Shown here: in pieces, positions 10,583-20,128 of the stretch
Position numbering within the stretch: the stretch's first letter is position 1
Layout of the letters: each line of letters opens with the position of its first letter
Assembly (NCBI GenBank): GCA_963735215.1
Contig: CAVTKF010000015.1
Location: 572,294 to 636,293 of the forward strand
Direction: 5' to 3'
From: an uncultured Acidobacteriaceae bacterium
GTDB taxonomy: Bacteria > Acidobacteriota > Terriglobia > Terriglobales > Acidobacteriaceae
Length of the DNA: 64,000 bases
Made by a program: the position numbers and the translations under genes
The notes under the pieces: model-generated
The model's database searches: none
What the model was told of the DNA's origin: nothing
Seen by the model: only the letters and a program-made list of their open reading frames with translations

Positions 10583-11359
10583 ATGATCACTCGCAGAGAT
10601 TTGATGGTTGGTTTGATTGCCGCGGCGTGCACAGCGGGCGGGCTCGCGGCTGCTGACGAATTACCTCTGATCAGCTCAGCAGTATTTGACTGGAATGCGG
10701 TGACAGCAAAACCGACGGACGTGGGCTCGGTGCGGTCCTTTTTCAAGGTGCGCACTCCGACGCTTGAGCAATTGGAGGTGCACGTCACTACGCTCAATCC
10801 GGGGAAGTCGCCGCACCCGCCACATCGGCACCCCAATGAGGAGATGATCATCGTGCGGGAGGGCACGGTGGAGGCGCTGATCAATGGCGTGTGGAAGCGG
10901 GTCGGACCGGGGTCGGTGATCTTCTTCGCGTCGAATCAGCTGCACGGGCTGAAAAACGTGGGCACAGAGCCGGCGGTGTATCACGTGATCAACTTCAAGA
11001 CGGCTGCGACCCGGCCGAAGGTCACGAATAATAGCGCCCGACTCGAACGGGCTTCGAGTCAATCACCTTTGGCGAAAGAGGGATACGAATGGAAGTCAGA
11101 TTGGCACGGTCATTGTTGGCATTTGTTTGCTGCCTCTTTCTTTGCTTCGAGGCTGGAGTATGCAGGGCGCAGGCGGGTTCTGGCGGGCTTGGAGTTTTTG
11201 AAGGACAGACGGATGTTGGTGCGGTTTCGCCGCCGGGAGTGGCGAAATACGACGCCGGTCGCGGGGTTTACACGGTTGAGGCGGCCGGGGACAACATGTG
11301 GTCCACGGTCGATGCGTTTCACTTTGTGTGGAAGAAAGTGTCGGGTGATGTTTCGCTGA
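10583..11359 (+). CDS. Tat-signal cupin domain protein; annotated ORF end is probably artefactual (3' frame disruption, likely true end near 11031)
   Basis: 'MITRRDLMVGLIAAACTAGGLAAA' is a twin-arginine-like signal. Cupin core 'HPPHRHPNEEMIIVREGTVEALI...GSVIFFASNQLHGLKNVGTEPAVYHVI'. After 'INFKT' the translation turns non-protein-like and runs 271 nt into the next gene. A TAATAG double stop in the adjacent frame (11029-11034) is followed by an 8-bp hairpin. Confidence 0.7.
   Translation: MITRRDLMVGLIAAACTAGGLAAADELPLISSAVFDWNAVTAKPTDVGSVRSFFKVRTPTLEQLEVHVTTLNPGKSPHPPHRHPNEEMIIVREGTVEALINGVWKRVGPGSVIFFASNQLHGLKNVGTEPAVYHVINFKTAATRPKVTNNSARLERASSQSPLAKEGYEWKSDWHGHCWHLFAASFFASRLEYAGRRRVLAGLEFLKDRRMLVRFRRREWRNTTPVAGFTRLRRPGTTCGPRSMRFTLCGRKCRVMFR
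11040..11060 (+). terminator. perfect 8-bp hairpin (GACTCGAA-CGGGC-TTCGAGTC) after the presumed original cupin stop
   Basis: Inverted repeat read directly: 11040-11047 pairs with 11053-11060. There is no U-tract, so terminator function is uncertain. Confidence 0.3.
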
Positions 11360-12645
11360 CGGCGGAGATGGCGTTTCCATCGACGGCCGGGAATCCCAGC
11401 CCGCATCGCAAAGCGGTGCTGATGCTTCGGCAGACGCTGGATGCCGATGGCGTTTATGTCGATGCGGCGCAACATGGGTCTGGAATGACGGCGCTGCAAT
11501 ACCGCCGCGAGCGCGGCGCAACCACGCAGGATATCGAGCTAAATATTGAGACGCCGCATAAGATCCGGCTGGAGAAGCGCGGCGATACAATCACGATGTT
11601 TCTGAGCAATCATGGAGAGCCGCTGCACCAGGCGGGAGCGTCGATCAGGCTGCACCTGGAGGGGCCGTTCTACGCGGGCATCGGAGTGTGTTCGCACAAC
11701 AAGGATGTGGTGGAGCGGGCGACATTTGCTGATGTCAAGCTGGATGCACTCAAGCCCGAAACAAATGGAGGACAGGCGGCCCTTTACAGCACGCTCCAGA
11801 CGATCGGTATTGAAGAGAACTTTCGGCGCGCCATTGTGGTGGCGACGGGACCGGGACGGATGGAAGCGCCAAACTGGAGCCGCGATGGAAAGACGCTGAT
11901 CTTCAACCGCGACGGGCATATCTGGACGATTCCTGCAGAGGGCGGCGCGGCAGCGATGATCAATGCAGGCCTTGCGACGAACTGCACGGGGAGCCACGGG
12001 CTGTCACCGGACGGCAAGTGGCTGGCGATCAGTTGCAGCACACCGGGCAAGCCGGAAACGCGCGTCTATATCGTGCCCTCGGCGGGTGGCGAGCCGAGAC
12101 TGCTGACGGAGAATCCATCGTCGTATTTTCATAGCTGGTCGCCGGACGGAAAGACGATCGCGTTCACGCGGCCGAATCACACTGGCGGGGGCAACATCTT
12201 TTCAATTCCCGTGGAAGGCGGAACGGAGACGGCACTGACGACGGGGAACGGGATAAGCGACGACCCGGACTACTCGGCAGACGGGAAGTGGATCTACTTC
12301 AACTCGGATCGCACGGGCGGCCTGATGCAGATCTGGCGGATGCGTCCGGATGGGAGCGGCGCGGAGCAGGTGACCAAAGACGACTACAACAATTGGACAC
12401 CGCATGCTTCGCCGGATGGGAAGTCGATTGTGATGGTGAGCTACGACAAGGATGTGAAGGGGCATCCGGCGAACAAGGACATCGCCCTCCGGATTCTGAA
12501 CGTGAGCGATGGGAAGATTCGCGTGCTGGTGAACCTGGTTGGCGGTGCGGGAAGCGACAATGTTCCGAACTGGGCTCCTGACGGGATGCATCTGGCGTTC
12601 GTGAGCTTTCAAACGCTGCCAGAAGATGCTGGTCCGTCAAGATGA
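11089..12645 (+). CDS. secreted protein: N-terminal beta-sandwich domain fused to a TolB-like (PD40) beta-propeller
   Basis: Signal peptide 'MEVRLARSLLAFVCCLFLCFEAGVCRAQA'. Repeated PD40-type motifs 'LSPDGKWLAIS', 'WSPDGKTIAFT', 'YSADGKWIYFNSDR', 'ASPDGKSIVMVS', 'WAPDGMHLAFVS'. RBS AGAGGGA lies 5-6 nt upstream of the ATG. Confidence 0.8.
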   Translation: MEVRLARSLLAFVCCLFLCFEAGVCRAQAGSGGLGVFEGQTDVGAVSPPGVAKYDAGRGVYTVEAAGDNMWSTVDAFHFVWKKVSGDVSLTAEMAFPSTAGNPSPHRKAVLMLRQTLDADGVYVDAAQHGSGMTALQYRRERGATTQDIELNIETPHKIRLEKRGDTITMFLSNHGEPLHQAGASIRLHLEGPFYAGIGVCSHNKDVVERATFADVKLDALKPETNGGQAALYSTLQTIGIEENFRRAIVVATGPGRMEAPNWSRDGKTLIFNRDGHIWTIPAEGGAAAMINAGLATNCTGSHGLSPDGKWLAISCSTPGKPETRVYIVPSAGGEPRLLTENPSSYFHSWSPDGKTIAFTRPNHTGGGNIFSIPVEGGTETALTTGNGISDDPDYSADGKWIYFNSDRTGGLMQIWRMRPDGSGAEQVTKDDYNNWTPHASPDGKSIVMVSYDKDVKGHPANKDIALRILNVSDGKIRVLVNLVGGAGSDNVPNWAPDGMHLAFVSFQTLPEDAGPSR

Positions 12646-12905
12646 TATGCGGCTGATAAGAGCGACGCTGGCAGATGCAACGCAAAGATCGTGGGAGGCT
12701 AGAAGCCCTTGCGGGATCGCTTGCGCCCGGTGCAGCCGACAACTAAACTCATCCAGTGCAGTAACATTGGGGAATTGAAGGCACGGCCTGGAATGCCGGA
12801 GCGTGGCCTTCCTTCTCAAGAGCCTTCCCGGTGGAATCCGATCACGGTTGCGCCCCCGGGTTTATCGAGAGAGTGCCGGAATTAGTGCGACCGGAGGTCA
12901 GAGGA

Positions 12906-14129
12906 ATGCGCGTCGGCATATTCACACGTGAGTATCCCCCCCTGGTGTACGGCGGCGCGGGCGTCCATGTCGATTACTTGAGCCGGGAATTGGCCAAGGA
13001 GATTGAAGTCGAAGTGCATTGCTGGGGACCGCAGAACTCCGACGCTGGTAATTTGCACGTTCGTGGAGCAGAGCCCTGGCAGGAGATTTCCAATGGGACC
13101 GAGGGGAAATTCAAAGGCGCGCTCGAGGCCTTCAGCCTGAACCTGACACAGATCAAGGCCCTCGAAGGAATCGACATCGTCCACACGCACACGTGGTATG
13201 TATCGATGGCGGGATTCCTGGCGAAGAAACTCTACGGCGTGCCATTCGTGTTGACGACACACTCACTTGAACCATTGCGCGCATGGAAGGCGGAGCAACT
13301 GGGCAGCGGTTATTCGATGAGTTCGTGGATGGAGCGGACCGCAATTCTGGATGCCGACGCGGTCATCGCTGTATCGCAAGGGACGAAAGCCGATATACAA
13401 AAGGCGTATCCCGAAGTCGATCCGGCGCGCATCCACGTTATTTATAACGGGATCGATCTGGCTGAATATCAGAAGACCGCGGAGACCAAGGCGCTGACGG
13501 ATTATGGCGTCGATCCGGCGGTTCCGTATGTGCTGTTTGTGGGGCGCATAACGCGGCAGAAGGGCGTGACGCACCTGGTGGATTCGATTCGCTATTTGCC
13601 GGCCGAGACGCAGGTGGTGCTGTGCGCCGGCGCGCCGGACACGCCGGAGATTGCGACCGAGCTTCGCGAGAAGGTAGAGGCGGCGCGGAAGGATCATCCG
13701 CGCATTGTCTGGATCGAAAAGATGGTGACCAAGCAGGAGGCGATCCAGCTCTACAGCCATGCGCGCGTTTTCTGTTGCCCATCGGTTTATGAGCCGTTCG
13801 GGATCATCAATCTTGAGGCGATGGCTTGCAGGGCGCCGGTGGTTGCGAGTGCGACGGGCGGCATCAAAGAGGTAGTCGTCGATGACAAAACTGGTTACCT
13901 GGTTCCATTCGATCAGGATCCCGTGACGAGCTTTCCGCGCGATCCGGAGGGATTTGCGAGGGATCTGGCGGGGCGGCTTAACGAGCTATTACGGGATCCG
14001 GAGAAATGCAGGCGGTTCGGAGATGCAGGCAGGCGGCGGGTGGAAGAGATCTTCAGCTGGACGGCGATCGCGCATCAGACGATCGATCTGTATGAACGTT
14101 TGATCGAACAAAAGAAGACGAAGAAATGA
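12906..14129 (+). CDS. glgA: GT4 glycogen synthase of the actinobacterial GlgA/GlgM type (ADP-glucose-dependent; probable maltose-1-phosphate-forming glucosyltransferase)
   Basis: N-terminus 'MRVGIFTREYPPLVYGGAGVHVDYLSREL' closely matches, from memory, the Corynebacterium/Mycobacterium GlgA(GlgM) family. The C-terminal half is typical GT4 ('FCCPSVYEPFGIINLEAMACRAPVVASATGGIKEVV'). Start set at ATG 12906 with GGAGG 8 nt upstream; the listed ORF start 12831 is an upstream extension. Confidence 0.8.
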   Translation: MRVGIFTREYPPLVYGGAGVHVDYLSRELAKEIEVEVHCWGPQNSDAGNLHVRGAEPWQEISNGTEGKFKGALEAFSLNLTQIKALEGIDIVHTHTWYVSMAGFLAKKLYGVPFVLTTHSLEPLRAWKAEQLGSGYSMSSWMERTAILDADAVIAVSQGTKADIQKAYPEVDPARIHVIYNGIDLAEYQKTAETKALTDYGVDPAVPYVLFVGRITRQKGVTHLVDSIRYLPAETQVVLCAGAPDTPEIATELREKVEAARKDHPRIVWIEKMVTKQEAIQLYSHARVFCCPSVYEPFGIINLEAMACRAPVVASATGGIKEVVVDDKTGYLVPFDQDPVTSFPRDPEGFARDLAGRLNELLRDPEKCRRFGDAGRRRVEEIFSWTAIAHQTIDLYERLIEQKKTKK

Positions 14130-14210
14130 GTTGAGCTGGGCAAGTTTGGCTGACCTCAGAAACACTCCTGTAACGCGAAACAAAGCGAATCTTGCAGAAC
14201 GTGAAAGGCC

Positions 14211-16208
14211 ATGACAACAAAGACATCCGATGGACGCAGGCGCGTCATTATTGAAGGAATCACGCCGCAGGTGGACTGTGGCCTATTTCCAGCCAAGCGC
14301 ACTGTAGGCGACGAGGTGCGTGTGGAGGCCGACATTTTTACCGATGGCCACGATGCGATTGCGGCGTCTCTGCTGGCGCACCGGGAGGGCTCCGACGAGT
14401 GGACCGAGATTCCGATGCATCCGCTGGTGAATGACCGGTGGCAGGCATCATTTCGAGTCGCGGAGCTGGGCCGTTACGGATACAAGGTGCAGGGGTGGGT
14501 AGATCACTTTGAGACCTGGAGACGCGATCTGCTGAAGCGCATCAAGGCCGAGAGCGACGCATCCATTGACTACCTGATTGGGGCGGACCTTGTAGCGGAG
14601 GCGGCAACGAGGGCTTTGGGCGGGGACGCAGTGTGGTTACGCGAGCGCGCTGCTGTTCTGCGTTCAGCAAAAACGGCGAGCGAACTCAGGATTCATGCGA
14701 CGGACCCGATGCTGCACGAACTGGTCTTACGCTATCCCGACAAGCGCTTTGCGACCGAATCGAATCCAGAGTTGACGATCGTCGTCGAGCCGGTGCGCGC
14801 GCGATTCAGTTCGTGGTATGAATTCTTTCCCCGCTCGTCTTCTGAGAAACCCGGAGCGCACGGCACATTTGCGGACTGCGAAAAGAGACTGCCCTACATT
14901 GCGGAGATGGGATTCAATGTTGTGTACCTGCCCCCAATTCATCCAATTGGGCGCACCTTTCGCAAGGGACGCAATAACAATCCGGAAGCACAGCCGGGCG
15001 ATTGCGGCAGCCCGTGGGCAATCGGGGCCAAGGAAGGCGGACATAAGGAGATCCTGAGCGATCTCGGAACCGTAGAAGATTTCAAGCGATTTGTGGCTAA
15101 GGCCGGAGAACTCGGGATGTCTGTCGCACTGGATATCGCGTTCCAGGCAGCCCCGGATCATCCATATGTAAAGAAGCATGAGACCTGGTTCAAGAAGCGT
15201 CCGGATGGGACGATTCAGTATGCAGAGAATCCTCCGAAGAAATACCAGGACATTTATCCCTTTGATTTTGAAAGCGGAGATTGGGAAGGGATGTGGACGG
15301 AGCTAAAGAGCGTTTTCGTCTACTGGATCGGCATGGGAGTGACGATCTTCCGCGTCGATAATCCGCACACCAAGGCGTTTCCTTTCTGGGAGTGGGTAAT
15401 CACCGAGATCAAGCGCGATCACCCCGAAGTGCTCTTTCTCGCAGAAGCATTTACGCGGCCGAAGATTATGTACCGGCTGGCGAAGCTGGGATTCAGCCAG
15501 TCGTACACCTATTTTCCGTGGCGCAATGGGAAGCACGAAATCACGACTTATCTCACCGAATTGGCGCAGACGCCGGTACGCGAATTCTTCAGGGCAAATC
15601 AATGGCCAAATACACCAGATATTCTTACCGAGTTTTTGCAGATGGGCGGCCGGCCGGGATTCGTGATCCGGCTGCTATTGGCGGCTACTCTCGGCGCGAA
15701 CTACGGGATCTATGGACCGCCATTCGAGTTGCAGGAGAATAGACCTGTTAAGCACGGCAGCGAAGAATACCTGAATTCTGAGAAGTACGAGATCAGGCAT
15801 TGGGACCTGGCGCGCCCCGATAGCTTGCGAGAATTCATTGGCCAGGTCAATAGAGTCCGCAATGAGAATCTAGCTCTGCAAAATGACTGGTCATTAAAAT
15901 TCCATTCCACCGATAATGATCAGCTGATTTGCTACAGCAAGGAATCGGATGATCGCTCGAATCTGCTTGTGATGGCGGTTAATCTTGATCCCCACCATTC
16001 GCAATCCGGATTCATCACGTTGCCTTTGGACGAGCTGGAAATTCCGCAGGATCGTAGCTTTGAGGCCGAAGACCTGCTGTCGGGCGAGCGATACTTGTGG
16101 CAAGGCCCGCGCAACTATGTGGATCTGAATCCATCGACAAGATCAGGACACATTCTCAAGATCCATCGCCGAATGAGGGTCGAGACGGACTTCGAATACT
16201 TTCTCTAG
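14211..16208 (+). CDS. glgE: alpha-1,4-glucan:maltose-1-phosphate maltosyltransferase
   Basis: 665 aa. N-terminus 'GRRRVIIEGITPQVDCGLFPAKRTVGDEVRVEADIFTDGHDAI' and GH13 core 'FRVDNPHTKAFPFWEWVI...LAEAFTRPKIMYRLAKLGFSQSYTYFPWRN' are characteristic of GlgE. Confidence 0.9.
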   Translation: MTTKTSDGRRRVIIEGITPQVDCGLFPAKRTVGDEVRVEADIFTDGHDAIAASLLAHREGSDEWTEIPMHPLVNDRWQASFRVAELGRYGYKVQGWVDHFETWRRDLLKRIKAESDASIDYLIGADLVAEAATRALGGDAVWLRERAAVLRSAKTASELRIHATDPMLHELVLRYPDKRFATESNPELTIVVEPVRARFSSWYEFFPRSSSEKPGAHGTFADCEKRLPYIAEMGFNVVYLPPIHPIGRTFRKGRNNNPEAQPGDCGSPWAIGAKEGGHKEILSDLGTVEDFKRFVAKAGELGMSVALDIAFQAAPDHPYVKKHETWFKKRPDGTIQYAENPPKKYQDIYPFDFESGDWEGMWTELKSVFVYWIGMGVTIFRVDNPHTKAFPFWEWVITEIKRDHPEVLFLAEAFTRPKIMYRLAKLGFSQSYTYFPWRNGKHEITTYLTELAQTPVREFFRANQWPNTPDILTEFLQMGGRPGFVIRLLLAATLGANYGIYGPPFELQENRPVKHGSEEYLNSEKYEIRHWDLARPDSLREFIGQVNRVRNENLALQNDWSLKFHSTDNDQLICYSKESDDRSNLLVMAVNLDPHHSQSGFITLPLDELEIPQDRSFEAEDLLSGERYLWQGPRNYVDLNPSTRSGHILKIHRRMRVETDFEYFL

Positions 16209-16360
16209 CTTTGTTGAATTCGTCTGCATTGGTTTCTGAATCATCGAGCGACGTCGGCTGAGCACCCGTTTCAAACCAGAGGGGGCTCCCGGCGACCTAA
16301 CATCCGAAGCCTCCGGTCGATGTGGGGAAGCGCATCAAATAAGCTTGGGAGACCCGTCGC

Positions 16361-19300
16361 GTGAAGAAGATCGCAAGCACAATCGATCCGCTCTGGTATA
16401 AAGACGCGATCATTTACGAGATTCACGTGCGCGCGTTTTCTGACTCCAACAATGACGGGATCGGAGACTTTCCGGGACTAATTTCGAGGCTCGACTATCT
16501 GTCGGATCTCGGAGTGACCTGTATCTGGCTTCTACCCTTCTTCCCTTCGCCCTTGCGCGATGACGGGTACGATATCGCGAATTACATTGATGTGAATCCG
16601 TCGTATGGGACGTTGAGCGACTTCAAGCGATTTCTCGATGAGGCTCACCAACGCAATATGCAGGTGATGATCGAACTGGTCATCAACCACACGAGCGACC
16701 AACACCCGTGGTTCCAAGCGGCAAGGCTGGAGCCGCCCGGCTCGCCCGAGCGGGAGATGTACGTCTGGTCAGAGTCGGATCAGCTCTACAAGAACGCGCG
16801 CATCATCTTTACCGATACAGAAAAATCCAACTGGACATGGGACGAGGCTGCCCAGGCCTACTACTGGCATCGCTTCTTCTCGCACCAGCCGGATCTGAAC
16901 TGGGATAATCCGCGCGTGATGGAAGAAGTGTTGAAGGCCATGCGCTTCTGGCTCGATATGGGCGTGGATGCGTTGCGCATGGATGCCATTCCTTATCTCC
17001 TGGAGCGGGATGGAACTTCGTGCGAGAATCTGCCGGAGACGCATGACGTCATCAAAGCGATCCGGGCAGCGATCGATGCCGAATATGCCAACCGCCTGAT
17101 CCTGGCAGAAGCGAATCAATGGCCTGCGGATGTGCGCCCTTACTTCGGCGATGGCGACGAGTGCCACATGGCATTTCATTTCCCACTGATGCCGCGTATC
17201 TACATGGCTCTCAGGCAGGAAGATCGACTGCCCATCACGGACATCATGGCGCAGACACCCCCCATTCCAGATAGCTGCCAGTGGGGATTGTTTCTCCGCA
17301 ATCACGATGAGCTGACGCTGGAGATGGTGACCGACGATGAGCGCGACTACATGTACTTCGCGTACTCGGCCGATCCTCGGATGCGTATTAATGTCGGCAT
17401 TCGGCGGAGGCTCGCGCCGCTGGTCGACAATAATCGCCGGCGCATTGAGCTGCTCAATTCACTGCTGCTGAGCTTTCCCGGCACACCGATTCTTTACTAC
17501 GGCGACGAAATTGGGATGGGCGACAACATCTACCTCGGCGACCGCAATGGCGTGCGAACGCCGATGCAGTGGACTTCGGATCGCAATGCCGGGTTTTCAA
17601 AGTGCGATCCGGCGCGGCTTTATTTGCCCGTTGTAATGGATCCCATCTACGGATACCAGGTAGTCAATGTAGAAGCGCAGCTCGCCGACCAGTCGAGTCT
17701 TCTGCATTGGACGCGAAACATGATCGCGCTGCGCAAACTGTTCCAGGTTTTCGGCCGGGGAAGCCTGAGCTTTCTGAACCCATCGAACAGGAAGATCCTT
17801 GCCTATTTAAGGGAACTCGAGCAGGACGATACCACTCATGAAACGGTTTTATGCGTTGCCAACCTTAGCCGGTTTGCACAACCGGTTTCGCTGGACCTGG
17901 CAGCTTATGAAGGCAGGGAGCCGGTCGAAATGCTGGGGTACGTGCCTTTCCCCACCGTCACTGCCGAGCCGTATCAGTTGACGCTCGCCCCGTATTCTTT
18001 TCTGTGGCTTGAACTGCAGACCCCGAGCTCCGAAGCAAAGTCTCTGCCGGAACCTCAACTTGTGCCGGTACCAGATACGGCCGGAACAGAAGCGCCCCCG
18101 GTTGATTTCGCGACCGCAGGATGGTCGGGGCTTCTCACCGCAAGCGGTCTCGCACAAATTGAATCCGCCTTGCCGGCGTGGCTCGCGCGCCAGCGCTGGT
18201 TTGGGGCGAAGAGCAGAAGAATTCAATCCGCGAGCGTTCGACAGTGGGCCGATCTATCCGTTGTAGAGTCTGGCATCAAGGACCTCCAACCTGGGAACCG
18301 GTCCGCGGCAGTTCCGGCGCCGCCCGCCATCTTCTTCGTAGAAGTGAGCTACTTTGATGGTGAGCCTGACACCTACCAGCTGCCCCTTTCGATCAGCACC
18401 GGCAACCATGCCGATACGGTGACTTCCGAGCACCCCAACAGTGTTCTGACAACGCTGACTTCCGTATCCGGTGTAGCTGTTCTGCATGATGCAACGGCAC
18501 GCGAGGATTTTCGTCAGATGGCGTTGGTGCTGATTGAGCGGAACGCGTCAGTGCCGCTCACGAGCATGCTTGCATCGGGATTGTCGAGGGGCCCGCAGAA
18601 TTTCGAAGTGGATGGCGACGGACCTCTTTCAACGTCAGAAAAGAAGTCATCAGCCGAGGCAGGAGCTGGCCATGACACAAGCAGCCTTCCTGTGCGGCCA
18701 TTGCCGTTACATGCGCAACCTGGGCAAGCAGCATCCGAGCCGCGGACAGCGAATCCTGAGCCGAGTACCGCCAACTCGCAAAAGAGTGAGCCGCGCGAAT
18801 CGCCCGCCACGGGCGGCGCCAGTGGCGTAGAAGGAACGCTCAATGCGCATTCTTCGACGGCCTTGCGCGAGATGAAAATCGAAAGGACTTTGCCATCGCG
18901 CGTCGGCTCGGCCGAGCAATCGAACAGCTCTATCCTCTATGGTGAAGCGCTGATACTGAAGTTGTTCCGGCGGATGCAACCGGGAGAGAATCCCGATGTG
19001 GAGATTGGAAAATTCCTTACTGAAGTTGCGCATTTCGATCGGATAGCCCCATTCCTTGGTGAGATCTCCGTGGCGCGGCGATCGGGTGACAAGACGACGG
19101 CAGCCATGCTGCAAGGACTGGTGGCCAACGAAGGCGATGGCTGGGCATGGTTCCTTCATCAACTTTCGAATTTCTACGAGGCAGTTGCAATGGCCCAAGA
19201 GGCGCCCGATGTGTCTTCACCGGGATTTGGAAACGCAAGAACACAGCGAGATCGGGTGCCAGCAATCGCCCAGGTTGCGATGGAAGCGTCTGCACTCCTT

Positions 19301-20053
19301 GGCCGCCGCACAGCCGAGATGCACCTCGCCTTGAGTTGCTCCCCAACTGACCCCAAATTTGCGCCGGAACCCTGTTCTCATGACGATCTGGAGACGGATG
19401 CCGGCCTGATTGAAGCACAGATCCGTTCAGCGCTGGAAGCTCTCAAATCGAAGTTCTCGATCCTGGATGAATCCGCGTCAGACGATGCGGGCCTGCTACT
19501 GTCAAAACGCCGGGAACTGATCGAGCGCAGCCACGCCATTCTGAGACTGCCTGCAGCCGGGCAACGCATTCGCATTCATGGCGATTATCATCTGGGCCAG
19601 ACCCTCCGAACCGGTGCTAAAGACGGCACAACAGGTGGTGATTTTGTCATGCTGGACTTTGAAGGCGAGCCTGCACGTCCACTCTCGCAACGCCGCCGCA
19701 AGCAGTCGCCGCTGAAAGATGTAGCGGGGATGCTGCGTTCTTTCTCTTACGTCGCATTTGCCGGGCTGAAGCAGTACCAGGAAGCCACCGATAAAGTCGC
19801 GCGGCAACCCGGATCTCCAAACTTGAGCAAGTGGGCCGAGGCGTGGCAGAACTGTGCGTCTGCCGAATTTTTGCATGCCTATCACGAAACCATCGCAAAA
19901 AATTCAGCCCTGCTGCCCTCGGCGCAAGAGACCCAAACTCTGTTGGAGGCATTTGTCCTGGAGAAGGCGCTTTACGAGTTGCAATATGAGCTCAACAACC
20001 GTCCAACGTGGCTACACATCCCAATTGCAGGTATCCTATCGTTGTGCAGATGA
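16361..20053 (+). CDS. treS: trehalose synthase (maltose alpha-D-glucosyltransferase) fused to maltokinase (TreS-Mak/Pep2)
   Basis: 1230 aa, GTG start with GGGAGA 8 nt upstream. N-terminal GH13 TreS ('LWYKDAIIYEIHVRAFSDSNNDGIGDFPGL...LPFFPSPLRDDGYDIANY'). C-terminal maltokinase ('EQSNSSILYGEALILKLFRRMQPGENPDVEI', 'IHGDYHLGQTL...MLDFEGEP'). A roughly 100-aa low-complexity insertion lies in the kinase N-lobe region. Confidence 0.9.
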   Translation: MKKIASTIDPLWYKDAIIYEIHVRAFSDSNNDGIGDFPGLISRLDYLSDLGVTCIWLLPFFPSPLRDDGYDIANYIDVNPSYGTLSDFKRFLDEAHQRNMQVMIELVINHTSDQHPWFQAARLEPPGSPEREMYVWSESDQLYKNARIIFTDTEKSNWTWDEAAQAYYWHRFFSHQPDLNWDNPRVMEEVLKAMRFWLDMGVDALRMDAIPYLLERDGTSCENLPETHDVIKAIRAAIDAEYANRLILAEANQWPADVRPYFGDGDECHMAFHFPLMPRIYMALRQEDRLPITDIMAQTPPIPDSCQWGLFLRNHDELTLEMVTDDERDYMYFAYSADPRMRINVGIRRRLAPLVDNNRRRIELLNSLLLSFPGTPILYYGDEIGMGDNIYLGDRNGVRTPMQWTSDRNAGFSKCDPARLYLPVVMDPIYGYQVVNVEAQLADQSSLLHWTRNMIALRKLFQVFGRGSLSFLNPSNRKILAYLRELEQDDTTHETVLCVANLSRFAQPVSLDLAAYEGREPVEMLGYVPFPTVTAEPYQLTLAPYSFLWLELQTPSSEAKSLPEPQLVPVPDTAGTEAPPVDFATAGWSGLLTASGLAQIESALPAWLARQRWFGAKSRRIQSASVRQWADLSVVESGIKDLQPGNRSAAVPAPPAIFFVEVSYFDGEPDTYQLPLSISTGNHADTVTSEHPNSVLTTLTSVSGVAVLHDATAREDFRQMALVLIERNASVPLTSMLASGLSRGPQNFEVDGDGPLSTSEKKSSAEAGAGHDTSSLPVRPLPLHAQPGQAASEPRTANPEPSTANSQKSEPRESPATGGASGVEGTLNAHSSTALREMKIERTLPSRVGSAEQSNSSILYGEALILKLFRRMQPGENPDVEIGKFLTEVAHFDRIAPFLGEISVARRSGDKTTAAMLQGLVANEGDGWAWFLHQLSNFYEAVAMAQEAPDVSSPGFGNARTQRDRVPAIAQVAMEASALLGRRTAEMHLALSCSPTDPKFAPEPCSHDDLETDAGLIEAQIRSALEALKSKFSILDESASDDAGLLLSKRRELIERSHAILRLPAAGQRIRIHGDYHLGQTLRTGAKDGTTGGDFVMLDFEGEPARPLSQRRRKQSPLKDVAGMLRSFSYVAFAGLKQYQEATDKVARQPGSPNLSKWAEAWQNCASAEFLHAYHETIAKNSALLPSAQETQTLLEAFVLEKALYELQYELNNRPTWLHIPIAGILSLCR

Positions 20054-20128
20054 CCGGCAGCAGGTTGGTTGAGCCGGCCAGCCAGTTAAACTACCATTCC
20101 GCTTTGGCACGACCTTCCCCCGTTCCTT

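Noticed and set aside
12831-12905. Upstream extension of the GT4 glycogen synthase ORF
   Set aside because: Family proteins begin at 'MRVG/AxxTREYPP'. ATG 12906 has a GGAGG at ideal spacing, and the extension has no such support.
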